This document shows positions 7,993-17,571 of a stretch of 33,445 nt of DNA, in pieces. This stretch comes from a virus (Duplodnaviria; Caudoviricetes): IMG/VR virus record IMGVR_UViG_3300032324_000165, positions 1 through 33,445 of that record. The stretch is one strand, 5' to 3'. A program made the translations under genes and the position numbers. Numbering within the stretch: the first letter of the stretch is position 1; each line of letters starts with the position of its first letter. The notes beneath the pieces were generated by a model. It did not search any database and was not told where the DNA came from. It was given only the letters and a program-made list of their open reading frames with translations.

Positions 7993-8706
7993 TTACTTAG
8001 ACTGAGCAACAGCCAACTTAACCGATTGCGGTATTAACTCCCACAACTGGTTTAGCAGAGCATCATCTTCAACCTTTTTAACCGCCTTACCCAACAGAGC
8101 TTGCTTAGCTTTTCTCTGCTCAATTAGGTCAGACTTGTTTAGCTTTTCTCTACGGTCAATTTCTGCTTTGACCTTTTCAGCTTTTTTGAAGTCATCATCA
8201 GCTTTGTAAGCCAACATTTCTTCACGCAAAACCGAGTCAGGCTTAGCTTGCAACTCAGCTTGTTCTTTAGCTCGCTTTTCACTCATACGACTAGCATCAG
8301 CCGTAGGAGCTTTTGGCTTAGTTAAACCGAATAGCTTTTCCATACGCTTAGCATTACGATACCAAGCATTTTTAGCCGATTCCTCATTACTGAGGTTATT
8401 GCGAGCCATGTAAACATTCACAAACGTATCAGAAACAAGATTCCAAAACGCATAACTAGGCTCAACTTTTGATTCAGGCTTTAACAACTTAGCCATCACA
8501 GTAGCGACCTTAATATGCTTTTCATCACCTTGGAAAATCTGCTCATCACCTTCAATAAACAAATTAACTGAATCGCCGACTGTCGCTAATTGCTTTTGGT
8601 TCAACACCAACGCAACATCATCAGCACTCTTAACAACCGCAACTTTAGAACCCTCAGCGATTGAACCCATTACAACTTGTTGCATAACATTAGACTTGAT
8701 AGTCAT
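7993..8706 (-). CDS. Hypothetical protein in its own transcription unit (immediate-early candidate)
   Basis: 237 aa, AGAGGT RBS, charged helical C-terminus, dedicated terminator. Confidence 0.8.
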   Translation of the reverse strand: MTIKSNVMQQVVMGSIAEGSKVAVVKSADDVALVLNQKQLATVGDSVNLFIEGDEQIFQGDEKHIKVATVMAKLLKPESKVEPSYAFWNLVSDTFVNVYMARNNLSNEESAKNAWYRNAKRMEKLFGLTKPKAPTADASRMSEKRAKEQAELQAKPDSVLREEMLAYKADDDFKKAEKVKAEIDRREKLNKSDLIEQRKAKQALLGKAVKKVEDDALLNQLWELIPQSVKLAVAQSK

Positions 8707-8817
8707 ATAAATACCTCTTATTAAGTAATGTAGAGAACCATTTCCCTACATGATTAGAATAGCAGAACCATGTAGAATAGGTAAGGTTTTTACAACTCAT
8801 TACCACTTATTACCACC

Positions 8818-8847
8818 GAACAAAACCACGCAACAATGGAAATGTTC
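8818..8847. promoter_or_regulatory. 30-bp dyad, copy 5, inverted (GAACAAAACCA-cgcaacaa-TGGAAATGTTC)
   Basis: Arms identical to copy 4. Lies about 110 nt upstream of the 8706 start. Confidence 0.75.
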
Positions 8848-9243
8848 GCACGCAAAACCGACCCAAAAAAAATTTCTTCTCATGTAGTTACCACTAATGG
8901 TTCATAAGTTCAGCAGAGTGGCATGGGGGTAAAAAATTTCTCTAGTGGTCGGGGTAGGGTAGTGGCCCCCCTAAATATGACCCATGTCTGCTAGCATCAC
9001 ATATATACACAGTTTTGCACAATAGATACCTCATTTTTAAATTAGTACCCCCACCCCCTTCGTTTTGTTAGTCCACACTAACTTAACGTTTCATGCAAAA
9101 CACCCCCCGTCACTTTTTAAAACGGAATCCTACCGGGGGTATATGTATAAAAAATTGCAAACAAGCGACACATAATAAAAACGTGTACACACAAGCAACA
9201 TTTAGTATATACTTCGGCTAACGAAACCCTCCAAAAAGGTTTT

Positions 9244-9876
9244 ATGACCATACCCGTTGAGCCAAACCTCGACCATCCAATACCAGAAACGCTTAAGGCG
9301 CATTCTGCAGAGACCCTTTCTGACCACATACGTGTAGTCGGCAATACAGCACTTATGCTAAATGAGCTCGGAGATGACGAAACATTCGAGATGACGGATG
9401 ACGACGTTGAGCAAGCTGCCAACATGGTTAAGAATCTTAAAATGGATGGCGGAGACCAGACTAAGGACTCCAAAGCTAAGAATCTAAAGGCCAGAGAAGA
9501 AACTAAAAAGCCCGGAGTTGCGTTAGCACTTGGGTATTTTGTGTCTCATTACGACCAGCAAGTCATTCAGGACAAGGTGCAACTGCGGAACATTGCGGTA
9601 AATACGCTGCTTGAGATTCTAGACCAGACAGATGACGAGAAAAACAAACTAAAAGCTGCAGAGTTAATCGGAAAAGCTGGTGATTTGTTTACAGACAAGG
9701 CTGAGATTACTATTACGCACAAAACTTCAGACGAATTAAAGAGTGCATTGCGTCAAAGAATTGAGCTATTGATGCAGATGCAGCAGAACAGACCCCCAAC
9801 AATGTCTGAAAAAGCGATGGGTGAGATTGTTGAAGTAGAAGTTAAAGAGAAAAATGACGACTCAACAGAAGCTTGA
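9244..9876 (+). CDS. terS: Putative terminase small subunit
   Basis: Directly upstream of and overlapping terL. KLKAAELIGK...LFTDK motif typical of small subunits. Confidence 0.7.
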   Translation: MTIPVEPNLDHPIPETLKAHSAETLSDHIRVVGNTALMLNELGDDETFEMTDDDVEQAANMVKNLKMDGGDQTKDSKAKNLKAREETKKPGVALALGYFVSHYDQQVIQDKVQLRNIAVNTLLEILDQTDDEKNKLKAAELIGKAGDLFTDKAEITITHKTSDELKSALRQRIELLMQMQQNRPPTMSEKAMGEIVEVEVKEKNDDSTEA

Positions 9877-11395
9877 AGACTTACCTCCAGAGCAACTCCA
9901 GTTCATACTGGATAACATGGACCACATCCCAGAAGTAGAGCTGCGCGCCTTGTATGGTGAGACGGGCGCTACGGTAGAAGCTAAGTCACGGGAGAATTGC
10001 CAAGAAAACTTCATGGATTTTGCACATAAAGTCTGGCCTAACTTTATTGATGGAGCTCATCATGCAAAAATGGCTGCAGCATTTGAAAAAGTGGCTCGTG
10101 GAGAGTGTAAAAGACTTATTATTAATATGCCTCCTCGCCATACTAAGTCTGAGTTTGCCTCTTATTTGCTACCCGCTTGGTTTTTGGGTAAATACCCAGA
10201 GAAAAAGGTTATTCAAACCTCTCATACCGCTGAATTGGCCGTCGGATTTGGTAGAAAAGTACGTAACTTGGTGGATTCTGATGTATACAAATCCATCTTT
10301 CCCAATCTTGGCCTTCAGGCAGACTCAAAAGCTGCTGGGCGTTGGGCCACTAACAAGGGCGGAGACTATTTTGCGATTGGTATTGGCGGCGCAGTTACTG
10401 GTAAAGGTGCGGACATACTTATTATTGACGACCCACACTCAGAACAAGAAGCAGCCTTAGCTGAAACAAACAGCGAAGTCTACGATAAGACCTATGAGTG
10501 GTACACATCTGGTCCGCGTCAGCGTTTACAACCAGGGGGCTCAATTATTATAGTTATGACCCGTTGGTCTAAGAAGGACCTGACAGGTAGAGTTATCAAA
10601 GCCGACGCACAACGTGGCGGAGAGGGCTGGGAAGTCATTGAATTTCCTGCCATTTTAGATAGCGGGCGCCCGCTATGGCCTGAATTTTGGAAGATAGAAG
10701 AACTTGAAGCATTAAAGAACGAGTTACCTAATTCCAAGTGGATGGCGCAGTACATGCAGAACCCAACGAGTGAGGTGTCTGCGATTGTCAAGCGTGAATG
10801 GTGGCAGATATGGGAGCATGAGGACCCACCGATGTGTGAGTTCACTATTCAGTCATGGGACACGGCATTCCTTAAAACAGAACGGAGCGACTACTGTGCA
10901 TGCACAACCTGGGGTGTGTTTTACCAAGAGAACAACGTGGGCGTTACAGTTCCACACATCATCTTACTTAACAGTTTTAAGGAACGCATGGAGTTCCCAG
11001 AACTTAAACAAGCCGCTTTCGAGCATTATAAAGAGTGGGAGCCAGACGCCCTCATCGTGGAAGCAAAAGCGTCTGGAGCGCCACTTGTATTCGAGCTCCG
11101 GGCTCGTGGCATACCAGTGCAAGAGTACACTCCATCAAAAGGCAGCGATAAAATTGCCCGACTTAACTCTGTGGCAGATATGTTCGCTTCTGGACGGGTC
11201 TGGGTACCAGCTACTAGTTGGGCTGAAGAGCTTGTTGAGGAAGTAGCGTCATTTCCATCAGGCGAACACGACGACTTAGTAGACAGCATGACGCAAGCCC
11301 TGTTAAGATTCCGTAGAGGCGGTTTTATCACATTAGACTCCGATGAGCAAGATGAAGCTCCGGAATGGAAAAGACGCAAGAAAGCATACTATTAA
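9854..11395 (+). CDS. terL: Terminase large subunit
   Basis: ATPase motifs INMPPRHTKS, LIIDDP and VMTRW; YMQNP; nuclease motifs SWDTA, VEAKASG and HDDLVDSMTQAL. Confidence 0.95.
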   Translation: MTTQQKLEDLPPEQLQFILDNMDHIPEVELRALYGETGATVEAKSRENCQENFMDFAHKVWPNFIDGAHHAKMAAAFEKVARGECKRLIINMPPRHTKSEFASYLLPAWFLGKYPEKKVIQTSHTAELAVGFGRKVRNLVDSDVYKSIFPNLGLQADSKAAGRWATNKGGDYFAIGIGGAVTGKGADILIIDDPHSEQEAALAETNSEVYDKTYEWYTSGPRQRLQPGGSIIIVMTRWSKKDLTGRVIKADAQRGGEGWEVIEFPAILDSGRPLWPEFWKIEELEALKNELPNSKWMAQYMQNPTSEVSAIVKREWWQIWEHEDPPMCEFTIQSWDTAFLKTERSDYCACTTWGVFYQENNVGVTVPHIILLNSFKERMEFPELKQAAFEHYKEWEPDALIVEAKASGAPLVFELRARGIPVQEYTPSKGSDKIARLNSVADMFASGRVWVPATSWAEELVEEVASFPSGEHDDLVDSMTQALLRFRRGGFITLDSDEQDEAPEWKRRKKAYY

Positions 11396-11403
11396 GGACC
11401 ATC

Positions 11404-13887
11404 ATGTCAATTGAAAAAAGTTTATACGCAGCTCCTGTAGGACTTGAACAAGTTCTAAACAACGACGAGCCTGCAATTGAAATAACTATTGAAGACCCAG
11501 AGTCTGTAGAGATTGGCATTGACGGTATGCCAATCCTTCGTATTGAAGAGAGCGAAGATGAAGACGACTTTGACGAGAATATTGCCGAAGAATTAGATGA
11601 TGGCGCACTAGCTCAGTTAGCTGGAGATTTAATTGGTGATTACGATGACGACTTGGGGTCACGCAAAGATTGGATGCAGACATATGTTGATGGCTTAGAG
11701 CTATTAGGTATGCAGATTGAGGAACGTGCTGAACCTTGGGAAGGCGCTTGTGGCGTGTACCACCCACTATTAAGTGAAGCATTGGTTAAGTTCCAAGCCG
11801 AGACTGTAATGAGCACACTACCAGCAGCCGGCCCAGTTAAGACACAGATTGTTGGACGCGAGACTCCTGAGAAGAAAGACGCTGCTGAGCGTGTTCAGGA
11901 TGACATGAACTACAGAATTACAGATGTGATGGTTGAGTATCGCAACGAACATGAACGCATGTGTTGGGGTCTTGGTCTATCAGGTAACGCATTTAAGAAA
12001 GTTTATTTTGACCCAGGTCTAAACCGAGAGACTTCTATTTTTGTACCAGCTGAAGATGTAGTTGTGCCTTATGGCGCATCAAACCTAGAAACAGCTGACC
12101 GCGTGACACACGTCATGCGTAAGACTGAGAATGAGCTAAAGCGCTTGCAGTACGCTGGCTTTTATCGTGACATTGACCTAGGTGAGCCAGACAACACACT
12201 AGATGAAGTAGAGAAAAAGATTGCAGAGAAGATGGGGTTTCGTGCTACTACCGACAACCGCTACAAACTTCTTGAGATGCAAGTTAATTTAGACTTGCCA
12301 GGATACGAGGACAAAGATGACGAAGGCAACCCAACGGGTATCGCGCTCCCTTACATCGTCACCATCGAGAAGGGTTCAAGCACAATCTTATCAATCCGAC
12401 GCAATTGGCGCCCTGAAGACAAGACGAAGCAAAAGCGTAACCACTTTGTTCACTATGGCTATGTACCTGGCTTTGGCTTCTATTGCTTTGGTCTTATTCA
12501 CCTCGTTGGCGCCTTCGCTAAGTCTGGTACTTCTATCATTCGCCAGCTTGTTGATGCTGGTACTTTATCTAATCTACCTGGTGGATTCAAAACTCGTGGA
12601 CTTAGAATTAAAGGTGATGACACGCCAATTAGCCCAGGAGAATGGCGAGACGTCGACGTACCTAGTGGCACAATGCGGGACAATGTCTTACCTCTTCCTT
12701 ATAAAGAGCCATCACAAGTCCTCTATTCTCTCTTAGGCACAATCGTAGAAGAAGGCCGTCGCTTCGCATCTGCTGCTGATATGAAGATTAGCGACATGAG
12801 CGCTAACTCTCCTGTTGGCACTACATTGGCTATTTTGGAAAGAACGTTGAAGGTGATGTCAGCTGTTCAGGCTCGCGTGCACTATTCAATGAAGCAAGAG
12901 CTTAAGTTACTTAAGGAAATTATCCGTGACTACACACCAGCCGACTACCCATACGAGCCAGAAGTTGGCTCTCGCCGTGCCAAGCAGTCTGATTACGACA
13001 TGGTGGACGTCATCCCTGTTAGCGACCCAAATGCTGCAACAATGTCACAGAAAGTTGTTCAGTACCAAGCTGCCTTACAACTAGCTCAATCAGCACCACA
13101 GTTATACGACCTAGCTCAGCTACATCGTCAGATGCTAGATGTGTTGGGTATTAAAAATGCTCAGAAACTAATCAAGCTTGAAGGTGACAAGAAGCCTGAA
13201 GACCCAGTTACTGAGAATCAGAATGTGCTAAGTATGAAGCCAATCAAGGCTTTCTACTACCAAGACCACCAAGCGCATATTGCCGTTCACATGGCTGCTA
13301 TGCAAGACCCTAAGATTATGCAGTTAGTTGGCCAATCACCAATGGCACAACAGATTGGTGCTGCTATGCAGGCGCACATCGCCGAGCACTTAGGCTTCGA
13401 GTATAAGAAGCAGATGGAGCAGATGATGGGTATCGAGATTCCTCGCGATGAGAATGGCGAAGAGGAAGAGATTCCACGTGAGCTAGAGATGCGCATCTCG
13501 CAGATGGCTGCCCAAGCAGGTCAGCAGCTATTACAGAAGAACCAAGCTGAAGTACAGCAACAACAGGCTGCACAACAGCAACAAGACCCACTTATTCAGT
13601 TGCAACAGCAAGAGTTACAACTTAAGGCTCAAGAAGTTGAGATTAAGAAGACTAAGTTGCAGATTGACGCCGCTGCTAAAGTCGACCAACAAGATATTGA
13701 GCGTGAACGCATTGCTGCCCAAGAGCGCATTGCTGGCATGCAGGTTGGGGCTAAGGTAGCTAGCAATAAAGCCCAACTAGCATCCAAAGACCAGCTAGAA
13801 GGGTTACGTATTGGCTCTGAAATCGCAAGAAATCGAGCTCAAATGGCTGGCCAAAACCAGCAGAAACCTACCAAAAAAGGTGATTAA
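11404..13887 (+). CDS. Portal protein (P22-like, long Gln-rich C-terminal barrel)
   Basis: Follows terL. Likely start MSIEKS at 11404 (TAAGGA RBS). Motifs HPLLSEALVKFQA and GNAFKKVYFD, plus a Q-rich coiled-coil tail. Confidence 0.88.
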   Translation: MSIEKSLYAAPVGLEQVLNNDEPAIEITIEDPESVEIGIDGMPILRIEESEDEDDFDENIAEELDDGALAQLAGDLIGDYDDDLGSRKDWMQTYVDGLELLGMQIEERAEPWEGACGVYHPLLSEALVKFQAETVMSTLPAAGPVKTQIVGRETPEKKDAAERVQDDMNYRITDVMVEYRNEHERMCWGLGLSGNAFKKVYFDPGLNRETSIFVPAEDVVVPYGASNLETADRVTHVMRKTENELKRLQYAGFYRDIDLGEPDNTLDEVEKKIAEKMGFRATTDNRYKLLEMQVNLDLPGYEDKDDEGNPTGIALPYIVTIEKGSSTILSIRRNWRPEDKTKQKRNHFVHYGYVPGFGFYCFGLIHLVGAFAKSGTSIIRQLVDAGTLSNLPGGFKTRGLRIKGDDTPISPGEWRDVDVPSGTMRDNVLPLPYKEPSQVLYSLLGTIVEEGRRFASAADMKISDMSANSPVGTTLAILERTLKVMSAVQARVHYSMKQELKLLKEIIRDYTPADYPYEPEVGSRRAKQSDYDMVDVIPVSDPNAATMSQKVVQYQAALQLAQSAPQLYDLAQLHRQMLDVLGIKNAQKLIKLEGDKKPEDPVTENQNVLSMKPIKAFYYQDHQAHIAVHMAAMQDPKIMQLVGQSPMAQQIGAAMQAHIAEHLGFEYKKQMEQMMGIEIPRDENGEEEEIPRELEMRISQMAAQAGQQLLQKNQAEVQQQQAAQQQQDPLIQLQQQELQLKAQEVEIKKTKLQIDAAAKVDQQDIERERIAAQERIAGMQVGAKVASNKAQLASKDQLEGLRIGSEIARNRAQMAGQNQQKPTKKGD

Positions 13888-14081
13888 TGGACTCACAAGT
13901 CTTAGATTTATTACTCGGAAAGTACCAAGAACGCATCAACCTACTGCAAGACGCTATTGCTAGGGGTGGATGCGCGAGCTTTGACGAGTATAAATACTCA
14001 TGCGGACAACTACGAGGTCTTGAGGCCGCATGTTTAGTAGTTACAGACCTTAAACAATCTATGGAGAACTCTGATGAGTGA
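13887..14081 (+). CDS. Small head-module protein
   Basis: 64 aa, coupled to the portal and GroES-like genes. Contains YKYSCGQLRGL. Confidence 0.7.
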   Translation: MDSQVLDLLLGKYQERINLLQDAIARGGCASFDEYKYSCGQLRGLEAACLVVTDLKQSMENSDE

Positions 14082-14469
14082 AATCCTTATCGCTTCAAAC
14101 GGCGATACTGTCGTGCCCCAAACAGCCGACGACAAAGCATCACAACTACCACGACCATCCGGTTATCGCATTCTCTGCGCAATCCCAGAAGTAGAGAAAG
14201 AGTACGAAAGTGGTTTATTAAAAGCAGACCAAACCCTGCATCACGAAGAAGTCCTCACAACAGTTCTATTTGTAGTTAAGAAAGGCCCGGATTGTTATAA
14301 AGATGCGAGCCGATTCCCTACAGGTGATTGGTGCCAAGAAGGTGACTTTATCCTTGTCCGTCCAAACGCGGGCACAAGATTAGTTATTCACGGCAAAGAG
14401 TTCCGCATCATCAACGACGACAGCGTTGAAGGTACGGTAGACGACCCTCGTGGTATCAAACGTAAATAA
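14074..14469 (+). CDS. groES: GroES/Cpn10-like co-chaperonin
   Basis: PSGYRIL...ESGLL...VVKKGP...EGDFILV...GKEFRIINDDSVEGTV matches the Cpn10 pattern. Confidence 0.85.
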   Translation: MSEILIASNGDTVVPQTADDKASQLPRPSGYRILCAIPEVEKEYESGLLKADQTLHHEEVLTTVLFVVKKGPDCYKDASRFPTGDWCQEGDFILVRPNAGTRLVIHGKEFRIINDDSVEGTVDDPRGIKRK

Positions 14470-14480
14470 GGAGCCCCAAA

Positions 14481-15476
14481 ATGGCCGAAAATAACGAATT
14501 TGGAATGCAGGAATTTAAGTTCCCGCATGAGCTTGACGAAGATAAAAACGTGTCAGTTTCTGCCGAAGAAGACAGAATTGAGATTGAAATTGACGACGAC
14601 ACGCCCGAGCAAGACCGCGGCGTTACGCCAATGCCCAAAGTAATTGTACAAAAACTAGAAGAAGATGAGTTAGATAAGTACAGTGCTGAAGCTAGAGAGA
14701 AACTAACCCAGCTTAAAAAGGTATGGCATGACGAGCGCCGTGAGAAAGAAGCAGCCTTACGTGAACAGCAAGAGGCCGTCCGTGTGGCTCAGAGACTTTT
14801 TGATGAGAACAAAAAACTAAAGCAGGCCTACTCTACAGGCGAGAAAACGTACATTGAAACCGTACAGAACGCCACCGAGTTAGAACTTGAAGTAGCCAAG
14901 CGTGGCTACAAAGAAGCACTAGAGACTGGTGATTCTGACCGAATCGTAGAAGCACAGGCTAAGCTGAACTCTGCGGCCATAAAGTCAGATAAAGTGAAAA
15001 ATTTTCAACCAAGTGCTTTACAAGAACACGAAAATGAGGTACAAATACCTCAATTGCAGGAAAGACCTGTAACTCCTGATGCCAAAACACAGGAGTGGAC
15101 AGAGAAAAATGCGTGGTTTGGCCCCAAAAAGTCAATGACTGCGTATGCTTTAGGACTGCATGAGGAATTGATTGATGAGTACGGCAAAGGTTTTGTTGGT
15201 ACTGACCAATATTTTCAGCGCATTGACAAAGAGATGCGTAAGGTGTTTTCAGAGTATTTTGATACTTTGGAGCCACAAACAAAGGTTGACGTTGAAGAGG
15301 AATCCAAACCTTCTCCGAAATCTAAACCGAGCACGGTTGTAGCGCCGGCAACGCGGAGTACGAGTTCCAAACAAATTCGTTTGAAGCCAAGTCAGATAGC
15401 ACTAGCCCGAAAGCTTGGACTATCCCCAGAGCAATATGCCCGTGAACTTTTAAAAATGGAGGCCCGAAATGGCTGA
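14481..15476 (+). CDS. Putative capsid scaffolding protein
   Basis: Acidic N-terminus, long coiled coil, C-terminal LARKLGLSPEQYA helix. Located between portal and MCP. Confidence 0.7.
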   Translation: MAENNEFGMQEFKFPHELDEDKNVSVSAEEDRIEIEIDDDTPEQDRGVTPMPKVIVQKLEEDELDKYSAEAREKLTQLKKVWHDERREKEAALREQQEAVRVAQRLFDENKKLKQAYSTGEKTYIETVQNATELELEVAKRGYKEALETGDSDRIVEAQAKLNSAAIKSDKVKNFQPSALQEHENEVQIPQLQERPVTPDAKTQEWTEKNAWFGPKKSMTAYALGLHEELIDEYGKGFVGTDQYFQRIDKEMRKVFSEYFDTLEPQTKVDVEEESKPSPKSKPSTVVAPATRSTSSKQIRLKPSQIALARKLGLSPEQYARELLKMEARNG

Positions 15477-15918
15477 AAAAAGATTAGACCGTGAGTTAGA
15501 AACCCGTGAAGTAGTAGAGCGTCCTAAACAGTGGATGCCCGCCGACCTTCTCCCCGAGCCAGACAAACAGGCTGGGTTCGCTTATCGATGGATTCGTGTT
15601 TCAACTTTGAACAACGCAGACCCGCGTAACCTCTCAGCAAAAATGAGAGAAGGCTGGGAGCCAGTTCGACTTGAAGAACAACCAAAATTTAAACTGCTAG
15701 CTGACCCAAGTAGTCGATATAAAGACAACATTGAGATTGGCGGATTATTGTTATGCAAAACTCCAGAGGAGTTCGTTCAACAGCGTAATGACCATTATGC
15801 AAACGTTACCGAATCCCAAACGAGAGCTGTAGACAATAGTTTTATGAAAGACAACGACCCGCGGATGCCTCTCTTTAGTGAGAAAAAATCTTCGACGTCG
15901 TTTGGCAAAGGCAAGTAA
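15469..15918 (+). CDS. Head-module hypothetical protein
   Basis: 149 aa with GFAYRWIR, REGWEPV and GGLLLCK motifs; GGAGG RBS. Confidence 0.7.
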   Translation: MAEKRLDRELETREVVERPKQWMPADLLPEPDKQAGFAYRWIRVSTLNNADPRNLSAKMREGWEPVRLEEQPKFKLLADPSSRYKDNIEIGGLLLCKTPEEFVQQRNDHYANVTESQTRAVDNSFMKDNDPRMPLFSEKKSSTSFGKGK

Positions 15919-15944
15919 TTTAATTTAATTTAAGGAGTTTTAAA

Positions 15945-16553
15945 ATGGCTTATCCAACAGTCGATAAACCCTACGGCTTTCAAGCTATTAACCGTGTAGA
16001 CGGCATGCCATATGCCGGCGCTATTCGTCAGATTCCAATTACGGCATCTTACGGTACAGCTATCTACAACGGTGACGTAGTTAAGTTAGTCACAGGTGGA
16101 ACTATCGAAAAATCAGCAATTGGTACAAACGTAGAAGCACAACCAACTTTAGGTGTATTAGTTGGCTGTCAATATGTAAACAGCTCAGGTCAAACTGTGC
16201 AAGCCCAATATTATCCAACTGGCGTTAATAGCGCTATTGGTTATATCGTATTAGACCCACAAGCTGCATTTAAAGTTGCAGTTACTACATCTGGCAATAC
16301 AGTTACTGTTACTTCTGTAACACGCGCAGTTGTAGGTACAAACATGTCAATTGCCACTGGTACAGGTAGCAACACCACAGGTAATTCAGGTTTGTCAGTA
16401 ATATCAGGCTCTGCTGCTAACACAGCGGTTCTTCCAGTCCGTGTAATCGACGTTGTTCCTGAAACAGCAGTTAACGCAACTAACTTCCGTGAAGTTATCG
16501 TTAAGTTCAATCAGCCACAACTAGAAGTTACACTTGGCAATAACGCATCTTAA
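15945..16553 (+). CDS. Putative capsid decoration/cement protein
   Basis: Beta-rich G/T/V/A protein directly upstream of the MCP, with a strong TAAGGAG RBS. Confidence 0.6.
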   Translation: MAYPTVDKPYGFQAINRVDGMPYAGAIRQIPITASYGTAIYNGDVVKLVTGGTIEKSAIGTNVEAQPTLGVLVGCQYVNSSGQTVQAQYYPTGVNSAIGYIVLDPQAAFKVAVTTSGNTVTVTSVTRAVVGTNMSIATGTGSNTTGNSGLSVISGSAANTAVLPVRVIDVVPETAVNATNFREVIVKFNQPQLEVTLGNNAS

Positions 16554-16569
16554 TAGGAGCTAATTAAAA

Positions 16570-17478
16570 ATGGCTATTTCACGCGCACAACTCTTAAAAG
16601 AGCTATTACCAGGATTGAACGCATTGTTCGGGCTTGAGTATGCAACATACGGTGAACAACACAAAGAAATCTACGAAACAGAGACTTCTGAGCGTTCGTT
16701 CGAAGAAGAAACTAAGTTGTCAGGCTTCAGTGCCGCGCCAGTAAAGAACGAAGGTTCTGCAATGGCTTACGACAACGCACAAGAAGCGTTTACAGCTCGC
16801 TATACACACGAGACTATCGCTTTAGGCTTCAGCTTGACTGAAGAGGCTATCGAAGACAACTTGTATGACTCATTGTCTGGTCGCTATACTAAAGCATTGG
16901 CTCGCGCTATGGCTTACACAAAGCAAGTAAAAGCTGCTAACGTATTGAACAACGGCTTCAACGCTGCCTTTGCTGGTGGTGATGGCGTTGCATTGTTCTC
17001 TACATCACACCCACTAGTTTCTGGTGGCGTTAACAGCAACACTCCGGCTACTCAAGCTGACTTGAACGAAACATCATTGGAAAATGCTGTTATTCAAATC
17101 GCTGCTTGGACAGACGAGCGTGGTCTTTTGATTGCTGCTAAACCTCGTAAATTGATTGTTCCACCATCATTACAGTTCGTTGCAACTCGTTTGCTTGAGA
17201 CTGAATTGCGTGTTGGCACAGCTGATAACGACATCAACGCTATCAAAAACAACGGTTCTATCCCTGAAGGCTACACAGTAAACAACTACTTGACAGATAC
17301 AAATGCCTGGTTCTTGACTACTGATGTACCTAACGGCATGAAGCACTTTGTTCGTACACCTATGGCAACTGGCATGGACGGTGACTTTGACACCGGTAAC
17401 GTACGTTACAAGGCTCGTGAGCGTTACTCTTTTGGCTTCTCAGACCCATTGGGTATGTTTGGTTCACAAGGCGCTTAA
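16570..17478 (+). CDS. Major capsid protein (HK97 fold, Mu gpT-like)
   Basis: MAISRAQLLKELLPGLNALFG; EEAIEDNLY; GGDGVALFSTSHP; KLIVPP; KARERYSFG. Followed by a terminator. Confidence 0.9.
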   Translation: MAISRAQLLKELLPGLNALFGLEYATYGEQHKEIYETETSERSFEEETKLSGFSAAPVKNEGSAMAYDNAQEAFTARYTHETIALGFSLTEEAIEDNLYDSLSGRYTKALARAMAYTKQVKAANVLNNGFNAAFAGGDGVALFSTSHPLVSGGVNSNTPATQADLNETSLENAVIQIAAWTDERGLLIAAKPRKLIVPPSLQFVATRLLETELRVGTADNDINAIKNNGSIPEGYTVNNYLTDTNAWFLTTDVPNGMKHFVRTPMATGMDGDFDTGNVRYKARERYSFGFSDPLGMFGSQGA

Positions 17479-17504
17479 TTAGGGTAAACCCCTATGTAGC
17501 AACG

Positions 17505-17536
17505 AACCCCGCTCACAAGGCGGGGTTTTTTATTTT
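17505..17536 (+). terminator. Rho-independent terminator after the MCP
   Basis: AACCCCGC-tcacaag-GCGGGGTT followed by a T-rich tract. Confidence 0.9.
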
Positions 17537-17571
17537 AAACAAGCAAAATGTCACATATTTGTAAAGAATAT

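Noticed and set aside
1119-8847. Dyads as LexA/SOS boxes or terminators
   Set aside because: Spacing does not fit GAAC-N4-GTTC or CTGT-N8-ACAG. The arms contain unpaired N3 positions and there is no consistent U-tract.
8920-9110. G-quadruplex
   Set aside because: Only three closely spaced runs of three or more G on either strand, so it is not a canonical four-tract motif.
17480-17494. TAGGGTAAACCCCTA near-palindrome after the MCP (partial look-alikes near 7403 and 7518)
   Set aside because: Only one good copy, which is too little to call a regulatory motif.
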